Assembly: GCA_043228905.1 (NCBI GenBank)
Contig: JBHGNT010000008.1
Location: forward strand, 7,750,001 to 7,814,000
Source of the DNA: Azolla caroliniana
Lineage: Eukaryota; Plantae; Polypodiophyta
DNA length: 64,000 nt
Direction: 5' to 3'
Part shown: in pieces, positions 51,552 through 59,799 of the stretch
Layout of the letters: every line of letters begins with the position of its first letter
How positions within the stretch are numbered: position 1 is the stretch's first letter
Translations under genes and position numbers: made by a program
Notes under the pieces: model-generated
Seen by the model: only the letters and a program-made list of their open reading frames with translations
Told to the model about the DNA's origin: nothing
Databases searched by the model: none

Positions 51552-52698
51552 GGTGTTGTCCGCCGAAATAGTAACCGACAGACAAGAGCGTAGGAATAAG
51601 AAATAATATAAGATCATAACGCATGTAACGGTTCACGCAAGAAGCATGAACGGCTAAATAGACCCTGATAGCTACGGCTAATCTATTGTGTGTTTGGAAT
51701 ACCTAAGCATGTAAGAACGTGAGTGTAACCATTGCTAAGGAGTCAGTTGTAGTTGTCTCCCTTATACGCTAATAGGTTACGGGGAACATTCCCCTATGCA
51801 TTACACATAGACGCCCCATTCATTGTTCCCCAATCATTTGGAGGTCTAGGTCGAAGGATTGACCGCAGACCATGTTCCTAATCGGTAATAGAGAACGGGA
51901 ATCCGGATGTGGATCGGCGATCGCCGGCGTTTCCGGCCCAATCAGTATCGGTGTAGCCAACTAACTGTGCAGCAATATCGGTCTGATATAGTAGCCCCCA
52001 GTCTTTAGTGCCACTGATGTACCGGTGTCGTGAAGAAAACCGCCCACAAGAGGAATCGGAGGAACAAGGCGTGGGAAACGGCTCTACACACACGCGCGCC
52101 AAGAAGTACATACGAGGATCCTAGGTGGGTAGATTCGGTTGGTATGCAGTTAATGCCAAACGGCCTCTTGACGGGATATAAAAAGGAAGAGGAAGAATAG
52201 GAAAAGATATCTCGCGGGGGGAGAGGACGAAGTGCTGCCGAACCGATTTCGGAGCTCCTCTCTCACTCCTGCTTTCTCTGTCTTCTGCTCCATCGCGTAC
52301 CTGTGCAGGTTTCGAGGAGGCTTGCGCTGTTCCGTGGAACGCCCCGAGTGCGTCCTGCAGCACCTCCGACCTGTTTCCCTTTCTGTGCGTCGCAACATAC
52401 AGGGGTCGGCATCTGTTCGCCGCCCCGTTCGTTTTCGTTAGTATCCATTCCGTGCCCCGCCGTGGGTTGTAATTCTTTGGTCTGTTATTTTCTTGCATTC
52501 ATAACATATCTTTCGTTGTTGCGTCCATCTGCGTCGGCGTTTGTTTGTGATCTCCGTTTGTTGGGCCGTGTCCCTGTGCAATCTTCGGTTCTGTGTAATC
52601 GGGTCTCTCTCTTACTCCGCTCTCTCTTGCTCTTTGGTCCAAGACCCCCGTGGTCCCTCCTCCTTTCTGCACGCAAGGGCGTAGCAACCCCGACATCT

Positions 52699-52716
52699 TG
52701 GTGAACCCGACGTGAA
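52699..52716 (+). promoter_or_regulatory. Primer-binding site for tRNA-Trp
   Basis: TGGTGAACCCGACGTGAA is complementary to the plant cytosolic tRNA-Trp 3' end (TTCACGTCGGGTTCACCA, recalled from memory). Confidence 0.85.
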
Positions 52717-52738
52717 AGAGGCGGCAGAAGAGCAGGAA

Positions 52739-54865
52739 ATGAGGGGGTCGGATCTCGCAGAGGCCATGGCTTCGGCCGTGGATCGGATTGTAAACGCGCG
52801 CGAGAGCACCGGTGCCCTCGACAGAGCTATTGAGGCGGTCGTCGGCACGATCGGCCGGTTCGATGGGAAAGATGCCACGAAGTATTTGGCGTCCTACGGT
52901 GCAGAGATGCTGATGCGGGACATTCCGGAAGAAAGGCGTCTTGCCGGATTTCCCCGAGTAGCGATGCCGAGCATCCATGCGGAGGTGCTCGAGGTGCGGA
53001 CGGAGAGCCGTACCTGGGAGGAGTTCGAAGGTCGGCTCCTAGAGAAATACGGGCTGGACGACGCGCTCCGGCTTTCGAAGCGAAGGTTCATGGAATGGGT
53101 GGAGTCCCCGGGGAAGGGAAGAAACGCGTCGGCGCTCCTCCGGGAGTTCGAGGAAAACTTTGCGCGCCTTTCGGCGCTCGACCGAACCATCCTGGACACG
53201 AGCCGGGTCTTGCTGTTTGTCAAGTCGGTCGACGAGCGGGATCGGGAGCAAGTGGGCTTCTTGCTGGAGACCGAAGACGGGCTCACTACCGACTGGGCGG
53301 CTGTCAGGAAGGTCTGTGGCCGTTTCGACAAACGGCGAGAATGGGCGGATAACGGGGCGACCGGGTCGGGCTCGGTCGCAGCAAGGAAGCTCGAACCAGC
53401 GCCGCAGGTGCGCAAGGAAGAGACCCGGGAGTGGTTGGAAACCGGTTCGGCTTCGACCGGCGTAGTCAGAGGCTCAACCGGAGGAGAGGCGCTGGAGGAA
53501 TTGACGAAGGCGATAAAGGACCTCCAAATCGCGCAGGCCCGAAGGAAAGGAGGCGAACCGGCTCGTGACCGACGGCCGGCGGCAGGAAACAGGTGCATGT
53601 GGTGCGATGAAGTCGGCCACATTCGGAAGGACTGCGGCGACTTCGCGGAGGCGCTGAGGAACAGGGTGGTGTACCTGTGGGAAGGACGGGTGCATGCCAG
53701 CGACACCCGAAGGGCCCTGAGCCGAAACGACGGAAAGGGTGGTATGAAAAGGGTGATGGAAGAGGCGGCGGCCCGACACGCGGAAACAGTCCACTACTCG
53801 GCGTCAGCCGGCATTCGAGTCGGGGGCGGCGAGGCCCGGGGGGAAAGCAAAGCCGGATTCTGGCCGACGATGCTGGAAGGCCTTGCCGGTGCAGGGCTTA
53901 AAAGGGAGGAATCGGACCGTGCGGAGAAACGGGTACGGGAGATGACCGGGTGGAGCGACCCGGTCGAGGAAAAGACGGGCTTCGTGGAAGCCGCTTGCAG
54001 GAACTACGAGGCTCTGGTAGAAGAGAAGCGGGTGGGGAAACCCGGGACGACCGGGCCCTCACAACGATACGAGACCCGGTCCGGGCCACGACGGGACGAA
54101 GCCGGCGGGGCCGGTACGCGAGATAAACCCCAGAAGGGCGGGTATCGTCTGGGGACGGAGATAGAAAGAACCACGGACTTACGAAAGGTCCTGGAGGAAC
54201 GGATCCTCGACAGCAAGGTGGAGCTGTCGTTACGAGAGGTGCTGGGAATCGCCAAGAAGGAGTTCCACGACTCCATCGTGGACTTGGTGAAACGGAAGAG
54301 GCTGTCGACGGAGACAGAACCGGAAAGACCGGTGGAAGTGCGGACGACGCACCTAGACGACATGGCTCTGGGAGACGAGTGGGCGGAAAGCCACTATTCG
54401 AGACCACATTGGGCCCGAGCGACCACGGAAACCCCGGTGAAGATCGGCGATGTCCAGGAACCGGTGGTAGCTTTAGTAGACCACGGATCGGAGATCAATT
54501 TGATGTCCATGGACTTCTATAAGAAGGGCAAATGGCCGATCAACACCAAGCACGGGTGGAAAATAAGGGCAGCAACGCGCGCCACCGAGGAACTGCACGG
54601 GGCCTGTCCGAACGTGCGAGTCAAGATCGGCGACGTTGAGATTGACCAGCACTTCTTCGTGCAGGAGACGTCTTCGCATCCGGTCATTCTGGGAGAGCCG
54701 TACATCACGGCGGCGCGAATGGAGACCAAGGTGCTGGACAACGGTTCAGCCTATGCGCGGGTCAAGAGCCAGGACGGGCGCCATTCGGTCCAGTTTTTGA
54801 CGGTCAGGCCGAACCACGAGCGTAACCGCGACTCCCTCGGTTCCGATAACCGAGAGGATTTTTAG
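52739..54865 (+). CDS. gag: Gag-protease polyprotein
   Basis: Open frame from ATG 52739; CMWCDEVGHIRKDC knuckle; aspartic protease ALVDHGSEIN...VILGEPY. Confidence 0.93.
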   Translation: MRGSDLAEAMASAVDRIVNARESTGALDRAIEAVVGTIGRFDGKDATKYLASYGAEMLMRDIPEERRLAGFPRVAMPSIHAEVLEVRTESRTWEEFEGRLLEKYGLDDALRLSKRRFMEWVESPGKGRNASALLREFEENFARLSALDRTILDTSRVLLFVKSVDERDREQVGFLLETEDGLTTDWAAVRKVCGRFDKRREWADNGATGSGSVAARKLEPAPQVRKEETREWLETGSASTGVVRGSTGGEALEELTKAIKDLQIAQARRKGGEPARDRRPAAGNRCMWCDEVGHIRKDCGDFAEALRNRVVYLWEGRVHASDTRRALSRNDGKGGMKRVMEEAAARHAETVHYSASAGIRVGGGEARGESKAGFWPTMLEGLAGAGLKREESDRAEKRVREMTGWSDPVEEKTGFVEAACRNYEALVEEKRVGKPGTTGPSQRYETRSGPRRDEAGGAGTRDKPQKGGYRLGTEIERTTDLRKVLEERILDSKVELSLREVLGIAKKEFHDSIVDLVKRKRLSTETEPERPVEVRTTHLDDMALGDEWAESHYSRPHWARATTETPVKIGDVQEPVVALVDHGSEINLMSMDFYKKGKWPINTKHGWKIRAATRATEELHGACPNVRVKIGDVEIDQHFFVQETSSHPVILGEPYITAARMETKVLDNGSAYARVKSQDGRHSVQFLTVRPNHERNRDSLGSDNREDF

Positions 54866-57800
54866 AGAGGACTGCCAAGGCGTGGGGCCGCGACAGTCCG
54901 GATGCTCCGGGAAAACCCCACATTTGTACGATAAAACCGTGTACGACAGGTAGGGTATTTTGCTTCTCCGACAGCGGAGCGTGTACGATAGTCGGCATCG
55001 GCGGCCGAGAGAAGACAAAGGCGGAGGGGAGACTTCGAGCGTGCGGAGTTCTCGGCCCTGACGAGGAAATCAACGGAGCCGTGGAGGCGGTTTCATTCGA
55101 CGACACCTTGGGAATGCTGGGAAAGGTAGTCGAAGAAGGCCTTAACGAAGACCGGACGATACCGGTGTGTTCCGAGGAGATGTACGGAGTCATCGCGGAC
55201 TTCGGTCGAGGGCTCGAGTCAGTTCGGACGGCCCGCGTAGGCACCAAGTACAAGACTGTGGACCGGAAGGTAAGGCCAGTCGCGGCACCCTTACCGGAGG
55301 ACAGCGCGTCGAGAATCAAAGGGGTTGCATCGGACCCTAGTCTACGGGATCCGGCCTGCATAGGGCACACCTTCACCGACGAGACGCTCCGAGAGCTCAA
55401 AATAGGTGGGGGCGGGTTCCTACTGCCTGCGGAGGAAGACCGGTTTCGGAGAATGCTCGGAAGGCACGGGAAAGCCTTCGCATTCTCGCCGGAGGAAATC
55501 GGGTGCGTTGACCCGACGATCGTGGAGCCGATGGTGATATTCACGGTACCGCATGTACCATGGAATCTCAAGCCAATCCCGGTTCCGAGAGCTCACATCC
55601 CGAAGTTGATGGAGCTGCTGAGGCAGAAAGTTGATATGGGAATTCTCGAGCCGTCGAGCGCCCCATATTCGAATCGATGGTTCACCGTACCGAAGAAAAA
55701 CGGTTCGTTGCGCTTCATCCAGGACCTGCAGCCGGTCAATCGAGTGACCATTCGGAACGCAGGGATCGGACCGACCATAGGCGAGTTCGCGGAGGCCTTC
55801 GCCGGAAGGTCAATTTACTCGGTCGGGGATCTATACTCAGGGTACGACCAGTTCCAGCTAGCCGTGGAGAGCAGAGACATTACGACGATGCGAACTCCCC
55901 TCGGCCTAGTTCGGATGTGTACACTGCCGCAAGGAGGGACCAACTCGGTGGCCCACATGGTGAATGCGATGAACAAGGTTCTGAGGGACTGTATCCCGGA
56001 CATCACCATGCCGTTTCTGGACGACATTCCGATCAAAGGATGCCCGGTGGAAGAAAGGGACGAGACGATCGGGCCGGACGGATGCCGGCGATTCGTAGCG
56101 ACGCACATCGACGACTGCGAGAAGGTGCTGCAAAGGCTAGAGGATGCGAGACTCACCTTCTCCGGGGAGAAGTCGGCCTTCGGGCAGTCAGAAATCATGG
56201 TGGTCGGACACCTGTGCGGACCATATGGCCGGAAACCGTCTCCGGCAAAGGTAGAAGCCATCTCCGCGATGAAGCCCGACTGCAGCTCGGTCACGGAAGT
56301 ACGGAGATTCCTGGGGGCATGCGCGTTCTACCACATATGGATCCCGCATTACGCACACGTCGCGGAGCCACTGTACGGGTTGCTGAAAAAGGGGCGAAGG
56401 TTCGAATGGCTGGACGAGCACGCGGAATCGGTCCGGAAGCTGAAAGAGGCCCTCGCAGCGGCACCGGCACTCCGGAAGGCGGTATACGGGAAGGGTACCC
56501 CGGTATTCATAACGGTGGATACCAGTCCGACCGGGATCGGATGGGTCGTGAACCAGGAAGACGAGGACGGCGATCGGTTTCCGATCCGATTCGGCGCGAA
56601 AGTCCTCAGTGAACGGCAGCGAGGATACGCCCAGGTTAAACGCGAACTCTGGGGTATTGTTTCGGCGGTTAAGGCCGACAAAGACTACCTGATAGGGACA
56701 GAAGTGATCATCGAGACGGATTGCCTGCCGATTCTCGGTATGGTTTCCGGATGCGCGACTCCGGACCTGGCGATGCTCAGGTGGATAGCGTACATCAAGT
56801 CCCTGGACCCGGAAATACGACACATTTCCGGGAAAGACAACGCCATGGCCGACATGCTTTCGAGGGCGAGGTTCGACGACGAGGGCGGCATGGTTTCGGA
56901 AGACGAAGAAGTCGGCGTGGATTTCTTCGAGACGGCACACATAACGACCGACGGGATGAGCACTCCGGCGCTTAACGAGTTCGACGCGAGCAAGTACGAC
57001 GGGGAGTGGCTGCAGATCGGCGGGTTTTTGAAGGCAATGACGCCCGATGCGTCATGGACGAAGGACGAGGCCAACCGGATCCGGAAGAAAGCATACCGAT
57101 TCTTTCTCCGAGATGGGCATTTGTGGAAGCACCCGAAGAAGAGGAACGGCGTCCCGCTCCGGGTGGTGGCGATGAAGGAAGAACAGGAGGAGCTACTGGC
57201 GGCCCACCACGACAGCCCTTGGGCTGGACACCGTGGAACGTGGGCGACATTTGAGAAGCTGAAGGGGAAGTACTGGTGGCCGGGATTGTACCGGGACGTG
57301 CATCGGTTCGTGTCAACTTGCGAGAGTTGTCAGATGCACTCGATAGTCCGACACCGGGACGGGCTTCGCCCTACGTACCCTCCGACTATCCACTTCAAAT
57401 GGATGGTAGATCTGGTAACGATGCCAATGGGGGTAGGACAGATGCGGTATCTGGTCCTAGCGCGGGAAGACCTGACGAACCAGGTGGAAGGCCGAGCCCT
57501 TCAGAACAAGACGACCGCGGCCGTGTGTCGGTTCCTAATCGAGGACGTGATATGTCGGTACGGGTGCGTCGGGAAGATCGTGGCTGACCGAGGGGAGTTG
57601 GACGCCGAAGAAGCCGCGGAGCTGTTCGACCGGCTGGGGGTCAAGCTCTCGCTCACCACTGCGTACAATCCGGAGGCGAATGGAAAGGTGGAGCGCGGAC
57701 ACGGACCGATCGTCAAGGCGTTGGTTCGGGCATGCGGAGGCCGAATCGGTGACTGGCCGCGGCTCCTACCTTATGCCTTGTGGGCAGACCGGACCACGCA

Positions 57801-58344
57801 CAGTTCGGTAACCGGGTACATGCCGACAGAGCTCATGTTCGGCCAGAAGCCGATCATGCCGATTGAACGGACGATCTCCTCGTGGGCAACGGTCGACTGG
57901 AGGAACGAGATGAGCCGGGAGGAGTTGTTGGCCGCGCGTATACGACAGCTCGAGCGGAGACCGGAGGACGTGGCACTGGCTACGGAGAAGCTCCGGGTGG
58001 CGAGGACAAAGAACAAAGCCCGGTTCGACCGAACGCACCGGCTACGACCGAAGAAAATCGACGAAGGTGACTGGGTGCTCGTGTACGACAGCAGCCTCGA
58101 CAACCAGCACCGAGCAACGCGGAAGTTCGCACAGAGATGGTTCGGGCCGTACACGGTACAGAGCGCCAACGACAACGGGACATATCATCTGGCGGAACTC
58201 GACGGTACGAGAATAGCGATACCCGTGGCCGGGAAGAGGATCAAAGCTTTCAAGAAGCGGCACGACAACGAACCCGACCCGATTCTCCTGGACAGCAGCG
58301 ACGACCGATCCGAGGCCGAGGAAGGGCCGGCAGGCGAAGAGTAA
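54850..58344 (+). CDS. pol: RT-RNaseH-integrase, in the -1 frame, probably reached by ribosomal frameshift
   Basis: Frame open from 54850 (after TAA 54847-54849) to 58344; WFTVPKKNGSLRFIQDL, FLDD, VDTSPTGIG, HDSPWAGH/CESC, DRGE, NGKVER, WFGPY. Confidence 0.95.
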   Translation, partial: PRGFLERTAKAWGRDSPDAPGKPHICTIKPCTTGRVFCFSDSGACTIVGIGGREKTKAEGRLRACGVLGPDEEINGAVEAVSFDDTLGMLGKVVEEGLNEDRTIPVCSEEMYGVIADFGRGLESVRTARVGTKYKTVDRKVRPVAAPLPEDSASRIKGVASDPSLRDPACIGHTFTDETLRELKIGGGGFLLPAEEDRFRRMLGRHGKAFAFSPEEIGCVDPTIVEPMVIFTVPHVPWNLKPIPVPRAHIPKLMELLRQKVDMGILEPSSAPYSNRWFTVPKKNGSLRFIQDLQPVNRVTIRNAGIGPTIGEFAEAFAGRSIYSVGDLYSGYDQFQLAVESRDITTMRTPLGLVRMCTLPQGGTNSVAHMVNAMNKVLRDCIPDITMPFLDDIPIKGCPVEERDETIGPDGCRRFVATHIDDCEKVLQRLEDARLTFSGEKSAFGQSEIMVVGHLCGPYGRKPSPAKVEAISAMKPDCSSVTEVRRFLGACAFYHIWIPHYAHVAEPLYGLLKKGRRFEWLDEHAESVRKLKEALAAAPALRKAVYGKGTPVFITVDTSPTGIGWVVNQEDEDGDRFPIRFGAKVLSERQRGYAQVKRELWGIVSAVKADKDYLIGTEVIIETDCLPILGMVSGCATPDLAMLRWIAYIKSLDPEIRHISGKDNAMADMLSRARFDDEGGMVSEDEEVGVDFFETAHITTDGMSTPALNEFDASKYDGEWLQIGGFLKAMTPDASWTKDEANRIRKKAYRFFLRDGHLWKHPKKRNGVPLRVVAMKEEQEELLAAHHDSPWAGHRGTWATFEKLKGKYWWPGLYRDVHRFVSTCESCQMHSIVRHRDGLRPTYPPTIHFKWMVDLVTMPMGVGQMRYLVLAREDLTNQVEGRALQNKTTAAVCRFLIEDVICRYGCVGKIVADRGELDAEEAAELFDRLGVKLSLTTAYNPEANGKVERGHGPIVKALVRACGGRIGDWPRLLPYALWADRTTHSSVTGYMPTELMFGQKPIMPIERTISSWATVDWRNEMSREELLAARIRQLERRPEDVALATEKLRVARTKNKARFDRTHRLRPKKIDEGDWVLVYDSSLDNQHRATRKFAQRWFGPYTVQSANDNGTYHLAELDGTRIAIPVAGKRIKAFKKRHDNEPDPILLDSSDDRSEAEEGPAGEE
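54856..54921 (+). promoter_or_regulatory. Predicted -1 programmed frameshift signal (G_GAU_UUU + stem/pseudoknot)
   Basis: Heptamer 54856-54862 directly before TAG; 6 nt spacer; stem GGACTG/CAGTCC; loop GTGGGG can pair with CCCCAC at 54916-54921. Confidence 0.75.
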
Positions 58345-59799
58345 AGGCGGGCCGGTTTTCTCCGTGCCAACTTAATTTGGCGCATACCGGTGGATGCGCG
58401 GTTAGGTGGGGGCGGATGTCGTGAAGAAAACCGCCCACAAGAGGAATCGGAGGAACAAGGCGTGGGAAACGGCTCTACACACACGCGCGCCAAGAAGTAC
58501 ATACGAGGATCCTAGGTGGGTAGATTCGGTTGGTATGCAGTTAATGCCAAACGGCCTCTTGACGGGATATAAAAAGGAAGAGGAAGAATAGGAAAAGATA
58601 TCTCGCGGGGGGAGAGGACGAAGTGCTGCCGAACCGATTTCGGAGCTCCTCTCTCACTCCTGCTTTCTCTGTCTTCTGCTCCATCGCGTACCTGTGCAGG
58701 TTTCGAGGAGGCTTGCGCTGTTCCGTGGAACGCCCCGAGTGCGTCCTGCAGCACCTCCGACCTGTTTCCCTTTCTGTGCGTCGCAACATACAGGGGTCGG
58801 CATCTGTTCGCCGCCCCGTTCGTTTTCGTTAGTATCCATTCCGTGCCCCGCCGTGGGTTGTAATTCTTTGGTCTGTTATTTTCTTGCATTCATAACATAT
58901 CTTTCGTTGTTGCGTCCATCTGCGTCGGCGTTTGTTTGTGATCTCCGTTTGTTGGGCCGTGTCCCTGTGCAATCTTCGGTTCTGTGTAATCGGGTCTCTC
59001 TCTTACTCCGCTCTCTCTTGCTCTTTGGTCCAAGACCCCCGTGGTCCCTCCTCCTTTCTGCACGCAAGGGCGTAGCAACCCCGACACCGGAGTACGCGTT
59101 GTGCGCACTGAAGGTGCTTCTCGGTTGGCCGCACCATGAATTGACTAATCACACCCATCGGGTAACTAAGGTCTGGTCGAGTGATAGTCAAGTAGATGAG
59201 GTTTCCGACAGTCTGTCGGAACCTCTTCGAGTCACAAACCTTTCCAGAGTCCGGGCGAAGCTTAACGGTTTTATCTAGAGGAGTCGAGACAGACTAACAA
59301 TCTGCCATCCCGAACTTGAAGAGCATACCCAGTACGTAATGTTGTTGGTTGATCAGTATGCCTTTGGGGGTACGATCACTTCAATCCCAAGGAACTAATG
59401 AAGGTCCCCTAGGTCCTTCATGTCAAATGATGCCGCGAGCTAGAGCTTTACGCGGTCAATTTCACCTAGGTCAGCGCCGGTGATGACCAAGTCATCAACA
59501 TAAAGTAAATTACTAACCAGCCCGAGTCGACCTTGCCGAATGAACAGTGAAGAGTCTGATTTGGACATCAAAAATCCCAACCGACGCAATCGCTACGTGA
59601 TTTTCGCATTCCAAGTACGCGGGGCTTGCTTTAGTCCGTAAAGGGACTTCTTCAACCGGCAGACCGCCGAAGTGTTCATTCCGGAGTGAAATCTAGGGGG
59701 TTGTACTATGTACACCTGTTCCTCAAGCTCGCCTTGCAGAAATGCATTCTTGACATCCATCTGATGTAAATGCCACCCCTTCGCCGCAACTACTGCAAG

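Larger units (their letters stand above)
42804..51890 (+). mobile_element. Full-length degenerate non-chromoviral Gypsy (Athila/Tat-related) with a post-pol accessory ORF
   Basis: LTRs 42804-43241 and 51554-51890, perfect TSD GAGAA, PBS TGGCACGCTTGGTG (tRNA-Arg-like) at 43246. gag knuckles, [45 protein letters not shown] and GPY. Confidence 0.95.
52026..59086 (+). mobile_element. Intact, very young Ty3/Gypsy LTR retrotransposon (non-chromoviral, tRNA-Trp primed)
   Basis: 670 bp LTRs (52026-52695 and 58417-59086) with no difference seen by eye, 4 bp TSD CCGG, PBS, G-rich PPT AGGTGGGGGCGGA and two uninterrupted ORFs. Confidence 0.98.

Noticed and set aside
52712-52738. GTG start for gag (and GTG 55081 for pol) in the ORF track
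   Set aside because: These are prokaryotic-style starts. GTG 52712 lies in the PBS; ATG 52739 and a frameshift fit better.
52894-57074. Many 100-311 aa antisense or alternate-frame ORFs in the intact Gypsy
   Set aside because: Expected shadow ORFs in GC-rich coding DNA; no motifs.
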